Source: Chthoniobacteraceae bacterium (GTDB lineage: Bacteria > Verrucomicrobiota > Verrucomicrobiia > Chthoniobacterales > Chthoniobacteraceae). From it: a stretch of DNA of 64,000 bases. The position numbers were made by a program, and so were the translations under genes. The notes below the pieces were generated by a model, which was not told where the DNA came from, ran no database searches, and saw only the letters and a list, made by a program, of their open reading frames with translations. Below are positions 13,116 through 23,468 of the stretch, one piece after another (within the stretch, counting starts at the first letter, position 1; each line of letters begins with the position of its first letter). The DNA is taken from contig JANNXQ010000127.1 of assembly GCA_031409655.1 (NCBI GenBank), positions 51,497 through 115,496 of the forward strand, read 5' to 3'.

Positions 13116-13775
13116 ATGAAAACAAACTCCGCCCTGCTCCTCGCCCTCCTCGCCCTCGTCCTCGTTGCGCACGCCGAACCGCCGCTGGTCAACCGCTTTG
13201 AAAAAGACATCGCCGCTTACGAACTGGCAGACAAAGCGAATCCACCCGCGCCTGGCGGCATCCTTTTCACCGGCGCGTCCGGCATTCGCATGTGGACGAC
13301 GCTCGCGCAGGATTTCCCCGGCCTGCCCGTGCTCAACCGCGGCTTCGGCGGCTCGCAGCTCTCGGACTCCATCTACTTCCTCGACCGCATCACGCTGCGC
13401 TACCGCCCGCGGACGATCGTCATCCAGGCCGCAGGCAACGATCTCAACGCCGGCAAATCGCCCGCCCAAGTGCTCGCGGATTTTAAAACCTACGTCGAGA
13501 AAACCCGCGCCGCGCTGCCGGAGGTGAAGATCGTCTTCCTCAATATCGGCCCAAGTCCGAAGCGCTGGGAACAGCGTGACCAACAACACGAAACCAACCG
13601 CCTCGTGCGCGACTACATCGCTGGCGAAAAGAATCTCGCCTACGTCGATCTGTGGCCCGATTCGCTCGGCGCGGATGGGCTGCCGAAGCCGGAGCTTTAC
13701 ATCGCCGATCAATTGCACCCGAGCGCCGCGGGTTACGCGCTGCGCACGAAGCTCCTGCGCCCCCACATTCAGTAA
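13116..13775 (+). CDS. SGNH/GDSL hydrolase
   Basis: FTGASGI, NRGFGGS, GND and DQLHPS blocks; signal peptide. Confidence 0.88.
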   Translation: MKTNSALLLALLALVLVAHAEPPLVNRFEKDIAAYELADKANPPAPGGILFTGASGIRMWTTLAQDFPGLPVLNRGFGGSQLSDSIYFLDRITLRYRPRTIVIQAAGNDLNAGKSPAQVLADFKTYVEKTRAALPEVKIVFLNIGPSPKRWEQRDQQHETNRLVRDYIAGEKNLAYVDLWPDSLGADGLPKPELYIADQLHPSAAGYALRTKLLRPHIQ

Positions 13776-13786
13776 CCATCCCACCC

Positions 13787-15181
13787 ATGAAAAAGCTCGC
13801 TCTCCTCCTCGCGTCCCTCGCCCTCCTGCATCCGGCCTTCGCCGCGCCGCCGAATGTCGTGCTGATCATGGCCGACGATCAGGGCTGGGGTGACACCAGT
13901 TACAATGGCCACCCTGAACTCAAGACGCCGCACCTCGACGCGCTGGCCGCGAGCGGAGTGCGGCTGAATCGCTTCTACACCGCGCACTTCAACTGCTCGC
14001 CGACCCGCGCCAGCGTGATGACCGGACGGCACCCCGATCGCATGGGTACCTTCAATCCCGGCGCACCCATCCGCGCGCAGGAACTCACCGTCGCCAAGGT
14101 TTTGCAGTCCGCGGGCTACGCCACAGGGCACTTTGGAAAGTGGCATCTCAATGGGAAGAACGGCGACAAGAACACCACGGCGATGCCGGGCCGCGCCATC
14201 CTTGCGGACGATCCGCTCTCACCGGGGAAGATGGGTTTCGACGAATGGGTCTCCGCGGATAACTTCTTCGACCTCGACCCCGTGCTCGGTCGCAACGGTG
14301 TGCCGGAAAAATTCCACGGCGACAGCTCCGACGTTACCACCGAAGAGGCGCTGAAGTTCATCAGGAAACAAGCCAGCGCCGGGAAACCCTTCCTCACCGT
14401 GGTGTGGTTTGGCTCGCCGCACGTCCCGCATCAGGCGCTGCCCGCGGACAAAGCACTCTACGCCTCGCTCTCCGACACGGAGCAAAACTACTTCGGCGAA
14501 ATCACTGCCGTAGATCGCAGCGTGGGCCGCCTGCGCGCCGCGCTCCGCGAGTTGAAGGTCGCGGATAACACCCTGCTCTGGTACAACAGCGACAACGGCG
14601 GTCACGAGGGGCCGAAGTCCACGGGCAACCTGCGCGGGGAAAAAGGCACCCTGTGGGAAGGCGGCCTGCGCGTGCCCGGCCTCGTCGAGTGGCCTGCGCG
14701 CATCGCGAGACCCTTCACCAGCGAGACCCCGTGCTCGACGCTCGACATCTACCCGACCGTCCTCGCCGCCACTGGCGCCGTCGCGCAGAGTCAGATCCAC
14801 CCACTCGACGGCGTCAATCTGCTGCCGTTGTTCGATCGCAAGACCACCACACGCGACAGGGCGATCCCCTTCTGGAATCACGCGGGCAAACAACCCGGCC
14901 ACGCGGCCCTTCTCGAGTGGCCCTATAAGTTGCACACCGATCCCGTCGCCGGTCGCGCAAAGAAAGGGGCCAAAGCCGACGCTGCAAAGATCGCGCCCGT
15001 GCTGCTCTACGACGTCTCCAAAGACCCCAAGGAAACCACCGACCTCGCCGCGCAGGAGCCCGAGCGCGTCGCGAAAATGACCGCTGCGCTGACGGAATGG
15101 AAAGCCTCCGTCGAGAAGAGCCTGGCCGGGGGCGACTATGCTGCTGGCATTCCGCTGGGAAAACCCCGGCGCGCGAAGTGA
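13787..15181 (+). CDS. Sulfatase (Cys-type)
   Basis: MKKLALLL signal; PNVVLIMADDQG, CSPTR, GKWHL and WEGGLRVP motifs. Confidence 0.95.
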   Translation: MKKLALLLASLALLHPAFAAPPNVVLIMADDQGWGDTSYNGHPELKTPHLDALAASGVRLNRFYTAHFNCSPTRASVMTGRHPDRMGTFNPGAPIRAQELTVAKVLQSAGYATGHFGKWHLNGKNGDKNTTAMPGRAILADDPLSPGKMGFDEWVSADNFFDLDPVLGRNGVPEKFHGDSSDVTTEEALKFIRKQASAGKPFLTVVWFGSPHVPHQALPADKALYASLSDTEQNYFGEITAVDRSVGRLRAALRELKVADNTLLWYNSDNGGHEGPKSTGNLRGEKGTLWEGGLRVPGLVEWPARIARPFTSETPCSTLDIYPTVLAATGAVAQSQIHPLDGVNLLPLFDRKTTTRDRAIPFWNHAGKQPGHAALLEWPYKLHTDPVAGRAKKGAKADAAKIAPVLLYDVSKDPKETTDLAAQEPERVAKMTAALTEWKASVEKSLAGGDYAAGIPLGKPRRAK

Positions 15182-15230
15182 CAAGCAAACTCGGTCCTGC
15201 ACACACTTACTCTTTGACCTCCCCAAAACT

Positions 15231-16655
15231 ATGAAACGCATTCTCGCCCTCCTCGTCCTCGTTCTCTCCAGCTTGGCGCAAGCTGCGGAGAAACCGAACG
15301 TCCTCTTCATCGCCATCGACGACCTGAATCACTGGGTCGGACATCTCGGTCGCAATCCGCAGACGAAGACGCCGAATATCGATCGCCTGGCGAAGATGGG
15401 CGTCACTTTCACCAAGGCCTACTGCACCGCGCCGTCGTGCAATCCTTCGCGTGCTTCGCTGATGTCGGGGCTGCGTCCGAACTCGACTGGGTGTTACAAT
15501 AACAGTCAGCCGTGGCATCCGGCGATTAGCGACGACAAGCTGCTCAATACGCACTTCGCGAAGGCCGGTTACCGCGTGTATGGCGCGGGGAAGATCTATC
15601 ACGGCTCCGAGCGCGGCGGCACTTGGACCGATTACGCCACGGGTGGAAAGGGCGGTGGTGCGAAGAAGGCGTTGAAGTTGCATCCATCGGCCAAGGACGG
15701 CGGCGTGCCCGGTTCCATCCGCTTCGGCCCGCTCGACAATGCCGACGAGGATATGCCGGACTACGCGACCGTGAGTTACTGCATCGAGCGGATGAATGAG
15801 CCGGGCGACAAACCTTTCTTCGTCGCCGCGGGGCTGGTGAAGCCGCACATGGATTTCTCCGTGCCAAAGAAGTGGTTCGACATGTTTCCGCTGGAGTCGA
15901 TCCAACTTCCGCCGCATCGGGAGGATGACTTGAAGGACGTGCCGCCCGCCGGTGTGAAGATGGCCAAGCCGGATGGCGATCACGCGAAGATGGTGGCCTC
16001 TGGGCGGTGGAAGGAAGCGGTGCAGGCGTATCTCGCGACGATTGCCTTTTGCGATTCGCAGGTCGGACGCCTCCTCGATGCACTGGAAAAATCACCCGCC
16101 CGCGACAACACCATCATCTGCCTGTGGAGTGATCACGGCTGGAGCCTCGGCGAGAAATCGCACTGGCGGAAATTTGCGTTATGGGAGGAGCCGACGCGCA
16201 CCGTCTTCATCTGGAAAGCGCCCGGCGTGACCGAGCCCGGCGGCGTGTGTGGCCGGCCCGTGGATTACGCCAGCGTCTATCCGACGTTGTGTGCGCTGGC
16301 GGGCCTGCCTCGGCCCGCGCACGTCGAGGGTCACGACATTTCCCCGCTGCTGAAGGATCCGAAGGCGACGTGGGAGTTTCCCGCCATCACGACCTGGGGA
16401 AGGAAGAACCACGCGATCCGCACCGAAGGCTGGCGCTACATCCGCTACGCCGATGGCGGCGAGGAGCTTTATGACGAGGCTGCCGACCCGCTCGAATACA
16501 CGAATCTCGCTGGCCACACCGAGCAAGCCGCGCGCAAAGTGGAATTCGCGAAATGGCTACCAAAAACCGACGCGCTGGACTTGCCGCACGGTCGCGGCGG
16601 AGGCGAAGAGGGCGACAAGGCGGAGAAAAAAGCGAAACGCAAAGCGGCCCAGTAA
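15231..16655 (+). CDS. Sulfatase (iduronate-2-sulfatase/choline-sulfatase-like)
   Basis: KPNVLFIAIDDLN, CNPSR, GKIYH, KPH and SDHGWSLGEKSHWRKFALWE motifs. Confidence 0.95.
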   Translation: MKRILALLVLVLSSLAQAAEKPNVLFIAIDDLNHWVGHLGRNPQTKTPNIDRLAKMGVTFTKAYCTAPSCNPSRASLMSGLRPNSTGCYNNSQPWHPAISDDKLLNTHFAKAGYRVYGAGKIYHGSERGGTWTDYATGGKGGGAKKALKLHPSAKDGGVPGSIRFGPLDNADEDMPDYATVSYCIERMNEPGDKPFFVAAGLVKPHMDFSVPKKWFDMFPLESIQLPPHREDDLKDVPPAGVKMAKPDGDHAKMVASGRWKEAVQAYLATIAFCDSQVGRLLDALEKSPARDNTIICLWSDHGWSLGEKSHWRKFALWEEPTRTVFIWKAPGVTEPGGVCGRPVDYASVYPTLCALAGLPRPAHVEGHDISPLLKDPKATWEFPAITTWGRKNHAIRTEGWRYIRYADGGEELYDEAADPLEYTNLAGHTEQAARKVEFAKWLPKTDALDLPHGRGGGEEGDKAEKKAKRKAAQ

Positions 16656-16749
16656 GTCCGCGGAGTCAGCGCCCCAAGTCGCCGGCCGCCTGAACATTGA
16701 GGCTGGAGCAATTTTGATATTGGGTGCTTGCTGGCCCGTCCTTCGGATC

Positions 16750-18102
16750 ATGCCCGTCTTTCCTCGCTCCTTCTTTCACTTCCTCCTGATTATGGTGCTC
16801 GCCGGTCTGCCGTCCTGTGTGCGAGTCGCGGAGCGGCCTTTGGACGCGGGCGCTTCCGCGTCGGCTTTTTCCGGGCGCTCGCTGAACGATGCGGGGTTGC
16901 GGAAATTTCTCGCGGGACAGGGTGCGGGCAGTGGCTCGTGGAATGTCGAACGGATCGCGCTGGCGGCCGCATATTTCCACGGCGATGTGGCCGTGGCCCG
17001 CGCTACGGCGGAGGAAGCTGCGGCGGGAATCGGCACGGCCGGGCAGCGGCCCAATCCGGTGCTGTCCTTTTCCCCCGGCTACAACGCGACCACGCGCGGC
17101 ATCTCGCCGTGGATCATCTCGCCAACGCTCGATGTGACCATTGAGACGGCCGGCAAGCGTGGCCATCGGCTGGCCGGAGCGCGGGCGCTGGCGGAGGCGG
17201 CGCAGCTCCGCGTGGCCGATGCCTCCTGGACGGCGCGGACGAAAGTGCGCGCGGCGATGCTCGACTTGTATTCTGCGGAGGAAAATGGTGCGCTGCTCTC
17301 CGCCGAAGTCGCCTTGCACGAGGAAGCGCTGAAGCGTCTCGATGCGCAGGTGAAAGCGGGCGAGTCGCCGGCCTTTGAACTCACGCAGGCCCGCCTGGCG
17401 CTGAATCGCTCGAAGCTCGCGCAGCATGACGCGGAGAAAATCAACGCCACCTCTCGCGCGCAACTGGCCGCCGCGGTTGGCGTGCCCTCTCGTGCGTTCA
17501 GCGCCATGTACTTTGATTTTGCCGACTTCCGCGGGCTGCCCGCCGTGCCGGGCTCCAGCGCCCGCCGTCGTGCGCTCACCCACCGCGCCGATCTCCTCGC
17601 CGCGCTCGCCGACTATGCGGCGGCGGAAGCGGAGGTGCGCCTGCAAGTCGCGAAGCAATATCCCGATCTGAAACTCAGCCCGGGATACCAACTCGATCAG
17701 ACGGAGAATAAGTGGTCGCTCGGCTTCGCCCTCGAACTGCCGATCCTGCATCAGAACCGCGGTCCCATCGCACTGGCCGAGGCGAAACGGAAAGCCGCCG
17801 CCGTGAACTTTGAAGCGCGGCAGGCTGCGGTCTTCGGCGAGATCGAGATTGCGCTCGCCACTTTCCAGGCCGCGCGCGCCAAGGCCGACACCGCCGCGAC
17901 GCTCGCCGACGGAGCCGCGCAGGCCAGCGATACCACGCGGCGCATGGTGGACGCCGGCGAGATCGCGCCGCTGGAACTCACCCGCCGGGGCATCGAAGCC
18001 AGCGCCGCCAAGCTCTCCCGGCTCGAAGCCCGCCTGCAGGCCCAGCAAGCCATCGGTGCTCTCGAAGCCGCGCTGCAAGTGCCGCTGCGCTCGGTGCGAT
18101 GA
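16750..18102 (+). CDS. TolC-family outer membrane efflux lipoprotein
   Basis: Lipobox-like LPSC; RPNPVLS and QYPDLKL repeats; LPILHQNRGPI; overlaps the adaptor start (ATGA). Confidence 0.88.
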   Translation: MPVFPRSFFHFLLIMVLAGLPSCVRVAERPLDAGASASAFSGRSLNDAGLRKFLAGQGAGSGSWNVERIALAAAYFHGDVAVARATAEEAAAGIGTAGQRPNPVLSFSPGYNATTRGISPWIISPTLDVTIETAGKRGHRLAGARALAEAAQLRVADASWTARTKVRAAMLDLYSAEENGALLSAEVALHEEALKRLDAQVKAGESPAFELTQARLALNRSKLAQHDAEKINATSRAQLAAAVGVPSRAFSAMYFDFADFRGLPAVPGSSARRRALTHRADLLAALADYAAAEAEVRLQVAKQYPDLKLSPGYQLDQTENKWSLGFALELPILHQNRGPIALAEAKRKAAAVNFEARQAAVFGEIEIALATFQAARAKADTAATLADGAAQASDTTRRMVDAGEIAPLELTRRGIEASAAKLSRLEARLQAQQAIGALEAALQVPLRSVR

Positions 18103-19211
18103 AAATGGAGACGATGAAATCGCCAATGCTTGGAGGGACACGCTCCGTCGTGTCCCTGATCAAATGGGCGAAGGCGGCGCGGAGCGCGGAAGTGTGGGAC
18201 ACGACGGAGCGTGTCCCTCCAGGTAGTCGTTGCCTGCTCGCGGCCATCCTTGTTTTTTCCCTGCTCTCTGCGGCTATTCTTCACGCCGCACCCGCGGCGT
18301 CGGCGCCGGCGACCGTGACCAAGGAAGCCGATCTCGTGACCGTCGTGCTCAAGCCCGAGGCGGAGCAGCGGCTCCGGTTGAAAGTCGTGCTGGTCGAGCG
18401 GCGCTCCGTGCCGGCGACGCGACTCTTCGCCGGCGAAGTAGTGCTGCCGCTCGCCGCGGCGGGCAGTCGGGTTGCGCCGGTGCTCGGTGGTACGCTCGAC
18501 GAAGTGCTGCGCCTCGCCGAACTCCAGAACGCCGCCGATGGTCGCATCCTCCAGGCGCAGGTGCAGATGGACGCCGCGAAGATCGCCGTCGAGCGCGCGC
18601 AACGAGTCCTGAATGCGGAGGCCGGCAGCGTGCGTTCCGTGGATGAAGCGAAGACCACGCTCGCTCTCGCCGAAGCAGCGATGACCACCGCCAAAGCACA
18701 GCGCGAAATCCTCGGCGGACCCGTGGGCGAAGCCGGCAGTGCGCGCCGCGCCTGGGTGCGCGCGGCCATCTACAGCGGAGAGGCCGCGCTGCTCGATGCA
18801 AAGGCGCCCGCCACGATCCGCGCGCTCACTTCTTCCACCACTGGCCAGAGCGCACCGCCCGTCGCCGGCCCGCCAACGGCGAACGCCGTGACCCGCACCG
18901 TGGACTGGTACTACGAACTCCCCGCCGCGAGCACGCTGCGCGCAGGCGAGCGCGTCGCGGTGGAAATTCCCTCCCTCGAAAGCAAGACCGAGAGCCTCGT
19001 CGTCCCCTTCGCTTCGGTGCTGCACGACATCCACGGCGGCCAGTGGGTGTATGAGCAAATCGCCGAACACACTTACACGCGCCGCCGCATTCAGGTTGCT
19101 CGGCTCGCCGGCCCCGATGCCGTGCTCGGCACCGGCCCGTCGGTCGGGAGCAAGATCGTCACCGACGGTGCCGCGGAGTTGTTCGGCACCGAGTTCATGA
19201 CGGGAAAGTGA
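18099..19211 (+). CDS. RND efflux periplasmic adaptor subunit
   Basis: Coiled-coil hairpin; C-terminal LVVPFASVLHDIHGGQWVY...IVTDGAAELFGTEF. Start uncertain (ATG 18099 or GTG 18192). Confidence 0.88.
   Translation: MKMETMKSPMLGGTRSVVSLIKWAKAARSAEVWDTTERVPPGSRCLLAAILVFSLLSAAILHAAPAASAPATVTKEADLVTVVLKPEAEQRLRLKVVLVERRSVPATRLFAGEVVLPLAAAGSRVAPVLGGTLDEVLRLAELQNAADGRILQAQVQMDAAKIAVERAQRVLNAEAGSVRSVDEAKTTLALAEAAMTTAKAQREILGGPVGEAGSARRAWVRAAIYSGEAALLDAKAPATIRALTSSTTGQSAPPVAGPPTANAVTRTVDWYYELPAASTLRAGERVAVEIPSLESKTESLVVPFASVLHDIHGGQWVYEQIAEHTYTRRRIQVARLAGPDAVLGTGPSVGSKIVTDGAAELFGTEFMTGK
18131..18221. repeat. REPIN-like doublet (two inverted GGAG-foot REP palindromes) inside the adaptor CDS
   Basis: Perfect 26-bp inverted repeat: tggagggacacgctccgtcgtgtccc (18131-18156) / gggacacgacggagcgtgtccctcca (18196-18221). 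Confidence 0.9.
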
Positions 19212-19239
19212 TGCGCGGATGACTGCCCCGACGCCCGGG

Positions 19240-19665
19240 TCACCGGAAAATCTGCGGATGCCGCACGATGAATTCCAGCGGCGCAATCGGTTGAGGTCTG
19301 TATCCCGCATTGGCCAGCGGTGCGAAGTGTCGGTCCTCGGTGATGATGTAGTCCGCGTGCGCGGTGATCGCGCAGTCGGTGAAGGCGTTGTCGTCGGGAT
19401 CGCTCACGATCACGCGGAATTGATAGTGCGGCTCCACCTTCGTCAGCGTGCCCGTCGTGACGGCCATGTGCTCCATCAAGCGCTCAAACTTTCGGCAGGC
19501 GATCACGCCGCTCGTTTCGGTAATGACTTCGCAGTATTCCAGGAGAATCCGATTGGACACGGCCCAGTGGAGCCGCCCAGCCACGCAGGCGTCGATGATC
19601 GGAAAGAACCGGTGTGCCGGGCTCCGGCCTTGGAAGACGACGTTGGTGTCGATGCAGACGATCAC
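19240..19665 (-). CDS. PIN-domain toxin (VapC-like)
   Basis: GTG start overlapping the antitoxin stop (GTGA); [23 protein letters not shown] and IITEDRHF acidic PIN motifs. Confidence 0.9.
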   Translation of the reverse strand: MIVCIDTNVVFQGRSPAHRFFPIIDACVAGRLHWAVSNRILLEYCEVITETSGVIACRKFERLMEHMAVTTGTLTKVEPHYQFRVIVSDPDDNAFTDCAITAHADYIITEDRHFAPLANAGYRPQPIAPLEFIVRHPQIFR

Positions 19666-19892
19666 GACTGCCGCAATCGCGCGCGAACCTCCCGGATGAT
19701 CTCGGGAAGCCGGTCCCATTTGCCGGCTTTTTGTTCCGCTTCTGCATCGGCTTGGATCTCATGCCACAGGCGATCTTTCTCTGCATGCAGCAGGATCTCG
19801 TGTACTAAGACCAAATCCTCCTCGGAGGCCGTGGCGAGTCGTTCGAGCATTTGCTCGCGCAGATCTTTTGGAATCGTCTGGGACGTCATCAT
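19662..19892 (-). CDS. Putative antitoxin
   Basis: About 76-aa helical ORF directly upstream of, and translationally coupled to, the PIN gene. Confidence 0.75.
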   Translation of the reverse strand: MMTSQTIPKDLREQMLERLATASEEDLVLVHEILLHAEKDRLWHEIQADAEAEQKAGKWDRLPEIIREVRARLRQS

Positions 19893-19943
19893 GTTTTGCA
19901 CTTTGGCCCCGCGCCGTGGCGTTTTCCACTTCCATTTCCCGTC

Positions 19944-22900
19944 ATGCTGAGCGCCATCGTCTCTTGGGCGCTGAATATGCGCGTGCTCGTGGTGGCGCTC
20001 GCCGCGGCGTTGCTCGTCGTCGGCATCAATGCGACGAAGAACGCGCCGCTGGATGTTTTCCCGGAGTTCGCGCCGCCGCTCGTCGAGGTGCAGACGGAAG
20101 CGCCGGGGCTTTCCACCGAGGAGGTGGACGCGCTCGTCACCGTGCCGCTGGAGAACTCGCTCAACGGCCTGCCTGCGCTCAAGACCATCCGCTCAAAGTC
20201 GGTGCTCGGCCTGTCCTCGGTCGTCATGATTTTCGAGACCGGCACCGACATCCTCAAGGCGCGCCAGTTTGTACAAGAGCGGCTGAACCTCGCGCAGAAC
20301 CGTCTGCCCGCGGTGGTGAAGCCGCCGGTGCTCATGGCTCCGTATTCGTCCTTGAGCCGCGTGCTGAAGGTGGGCCTCACCTCGGGCACGCTCTCGCAAA
20401 TGGAACTGAGCGAGTTGGCGCTGTGGACCATGCGCCCGCGACTCATGTCGGTGCAGGGCGTGGCCAATGTCGCGATTTGGGGGCAGCGCGATAAGCAGTT
20501 CCAGGTGCTCGTCGATCCGCAGCGGCTGCGCGCCGCCGGGGTCACGCTCGATGCCGTGACGCGCGCGGCGGGCGATGCGGCGGTGATCAGCGCCGGTGGC
20601 TTCATCGACACGCCAAACCTGCGCCTGAGCGTGACGCAACTCGGGCTCATCACCACGCCGGAGGATCTCGCGCGCACCGTCGTCGAGTTTCGCAATGGCG
20701 CACCGATCCGCCTCGGCGAGGTCGCGGAGGTGCGGGTCGGCAATCCGCCAGTCATCGGTGACGCGGTCATCAATGACGGCGACGGCATTCTCCTCATCGT
20801 GGAAAAGCAGCCGTGGGGAAACACCCTTGATGTCACCCGGGGCGTGGAAAAGGTCATGACCGATCTCAAGCCCGCGCTGCCCGGCGTGAACATCGACACC
20901 ACGATCTTTCGGCCCGCGACCTTTATCCAACTTTCCATCGATCACCTCACCGAGGCGCTGTGGCTGGGCTGCCTCCTGGTCGTCATCACTCTCGCGCTCT
21001 TCCTCGGCGACTGGCGCACGACCGTCATCAGTATCACCGCCATCCCGCTCTCGCTCGCGGTGGCGCTGCTCTGGCTGCACTGGCGGGGCGAGACCATCAA
21101 TACGATGATCCTCGCCGGCCTCATCATCGCGCTCGGCGAAGTCGTGGATGATGCGATCATCGACGTGGAAAACATCCTGCGCCGCCTGCGGCAAAACGCC
21201 GCGCTCGACGCGCCGAAAGCGAAGCTCCAGGTCGTGCTCGCAGCTTCGCTGGAAGTCCGCAGCGCCGTCGTCTATGCGAGCGTCATCATCGTGCTCGTCT
21301 TCATCCCGGTGTTTTATCTGCCGGGACTCGCGGGCACATTTTTCAAGCCGCTCGCGCTTGCCTACATCCTCGCCATCACCGCGTCGCTCGCCGTGGCGCT
21401 CACCGTCACGCCGGCACTGAGCTTGATGCTGCTCAAGCTCAAGAACGGCGGCCATCGCGAGGCGCCCTTTGCCCGCGCGATGAAGGCGATCTATCGCGGC
21501 CTGCTGCCGATCTTTGCGCGGAGCCCCGCACTCGCCCTGATGGTGCTCGTCGCCGCGTTCGCCGGCAGCGGCTGGGTCTGGCACACGCAGTTGAAGGAGG
21601 AATTTCTGCCGAACTTCAAGGAGCGCGATTTTCTCATGCACTGGCTGGAGAAGCCGAACACCAGCGTCGAGGCCAGCAAGCGGATCACGATTGCCGCAGC
21701 CAAGGATCTCCTTGCCGTGCCGGGCGTGCGCAATCAGGGCGCGCACATCGGCCGCGCGGAGGTCGCGGATGAAGTGGTCGGCCCCGACTTCACCGAGCTG
21801 TGGATTAGCATCGACCCGAAGGCGGACTACGACGAGACGATCCACAAGGTGCAGGCCGTCGTCGATGGCTACCCCGGCCTCACGCGCGATCTGCTCACCT
21901 TCCTCCGCGAGCGCATCAAGGAAGTGCTCACCGGCGCGAGCGCGAGCGTCGTCGTGCGCATCTTTGGCCCCGAGCTCGACACGCTGCGCACGCACGCTGC
22001 CGAAGTCAGCGCGGCGGTGAAAGACGTGCCCGGCATCAGCGCCCTCAAGGTGGAATCCCTCACGCTCGTTCCGCAGATAACCGTGAAAGTGCGGCCCGAA
22101 GCCGCGGCCCTGCACGGCCTCACCGCCGGACAAATCCGCCAGGCCGTCACCACGCTGATCAGCGGACGGAAGGTCGGCGAAGTGTATCAGGATCAGCGCG
22201 TCCACGATGTCACCGTGTGGAGCCTGCCCGCCGTGCGCGGCGATTACACCACGCTGCGCGAACTCCTCATCGAAACGCCGAGCGGCGGCCACACGCGCCT
22301 CGCCGACGTCGCCGATCTCGCCACCGTCCCGACGCCGAATGCCATCAAACGCGAAGGCGCCTCCCGCCGCATCGACGTGACCTGCAACGTCACCGGTCGC
22401 GCGCTCGGCGAGGTCGTGCGCGAAATCGAGCGGCGCGTCGGCCAACTCACCTTCCAGCCCGGCCATCATCCCGAGATCCTCGGCGAATGGGCCGAACGCC
22501 AGGCCGCACAAAGCCGTCTTGGCTGGCTCTCGCTCGCCTCGCTCGCCGGCATCCTCGTCCTGCTCTACGCGGATTTTCAATCCATCCGCCTCACCCTCCT
22601 CGTCGCGCTCACGCTGCCCTTCGCGCTCATCGGCGGGGTGCTGGCCGCGTGGATCGGCGGCGGCGTGCTCTCGCTCGGATCGCTCGTTGGTTTTGTCACC
22701 GTGCTCGGCATCGCCGCGCGCAATGGCATCCTGCTCGTCAGCCACTACCGCCATCTCGAACAGGAGGAAGGTCACACCTTCGGCCTGCCGCTCGTCTTGC
22801 GCGGCAGCGAGGAGCGCCTCGTGCCCATCCTCATGACCGCCACCGCCGCCGCCTTCGCCCTGCTCCCGCTCGTGCTCAAAGGCAACGTCCCCGGCAACGA

Positions 22901-23015
22901 AATCGAACGCCCGATGGCCCTCGTGATCCTCGGCGGCCTCGTCACAAGCACGCTGCTGAATCTCTTCCTGCTCCCCGCGCTCTACGCGCGCTTTGGCAGG
23001 AAAATCCCCGCTTGA
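19944..23015 (+). CDS. CusA/CzcA-family heavy-metal RND permease
   Basis: [34 protein letters not shown] and RLVPILMTA motifs; about 1020 aa. Confidence 0.95.
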   Translation: MLSAIVSWALNMRVLVVALAAALLVVGINATKNAPLDVFPEFAPPLVEVQTEAPGLSTEEVDALVTVPLENSLNGLPALKTIRSKSVLGLSSVVMIFETGTDILKARQFVQERLNLAQNRLPAVVKPPVLMAPYSSLSRVLKVGLTSGTLSQMELSELALWTMRPRLMSVQGVANVAIWGQRDKQFQVLVDPQRLRAAGVTLDAVTRAAGDAAVISAGGFIDTPNLRLSVTQLGLITTPEDLARTVVEFRNGAPIRLGEVAEVRVGNPPVIGDAVINDGDGILLIVEKQPWGNTLDVTRGVEKVMTDLKPALPGVNIDTTIFRPATFIQLSIDHLTEALWLGCLLVVITLALFLGDWRTTVISITAIPLSLAVALLWLHWRGETINTMILAGLIIALGEVVDDAIIDVENILRRLRQNAALDAPKAKLQVVLAASLEVRSAVVYASVIIVLVFIPVFYLPGLAGTFFKPLALAYILAITASLAVALTVTPALSLMLLKLKNGGHREAPFARAMKAIYRGLLPIFARSPALALMVLVAAFAGSGWVWHTQLKEEFLPNFKERDFLMHWLEKPNTSVEASKRITIAAAKDLLAVPGVRNQGAHIGRAEVADEVVGPDFTELWISIDPKADYDETIHKVQAVVDGYPGLTRDLLTFLRERIKEVLTGASASVVVRIFGPELDTLRTHAAEVSAAVKDVPGISALKVESLTLVPQITVKVRPEAAALHGLTAGQIRQAVTTLISGRKVGEVYQDQRVHDVTVWSLPAVRGDYTTLRELLIETPSGGHTRLADVADLATVPTPNAIKREGASRRIDVTCNVTGRALGEVVREIERRVGQLTFQPGHHPEILGEWAERQAAQSRLGWLSLASLAGILVLLYADFQSIRLTLLVALTLPFALIGGVLAAWIGGGVLSLGSLVGFVTVLGIAARNGILLVSHYRHLEQEEGHTFGLPLVLRGSEERLVPILMTATAAAFALLPLVLKGNVPGNEIERPMALVILGGLVTSTLLNLFLLPALYARFGRKIPA

Positions 23016-23018
23016 TCC

Positions 23019-23456
23019 ATGGAACCCTGGAAACTCTACGCCTTCGCCGCCGCGGTCTTTGCCGGGCTCACTTCCGTCATCGCCAAGGCGGGGCTTACGA
23101 CGCTCAGCGGCGATCTCGGGCTCGCGGTGCGCACGGTCTTTGTCTTCGGCTTCGTCCTGCTGAACACCTGGCTCTGGACCGGTCCGGCGAAGACCTCCGC
23201 CGCACTGAGCGCCGCTGGCCCGCGCGCCATCCTGCTCCTCGCGCTGTCCGCGCTCACCACGACGATCTCGTGGGTCTGCTACTACCGCGCGATGAAAGAC
23301 GGCACGGTCTCCTACGTCTCGCTGGTCGATAAAGGGAGCATTCTCGTCACGCTGCTGCTCTCCGTACTGCTCCTCGGTGAACCCTTCACCTGGCGCATCG
23401 CCGGGGGTTCTACACTGATCCTCGGTGGCATGCTAATCCTGGCGGGGGGAAAGTGA
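23019..23456 (+). CDS. EamA/DMT-family small transporter
   Basis: Five hydrophobic segments; FAGLTSVIAKAG and VSLVDKGS..LLLGEP motifs. Confidence 0.88.
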   Translation: MEPWKLYAFAAAVFAGLTSVIAKAGLTTLSGDLGLAVRTVFVFGFVLLNTWLWTGPAKTSAALSAAGPRAILLLALSALTTTISWVCYYRAMKDGTVSYVSLVDKGSILVTLLLSVLLLGEPFTWRIAGGSTLILGGMLILAGGK

Positions 23457-23468
23457 TGACGCGCAGTA

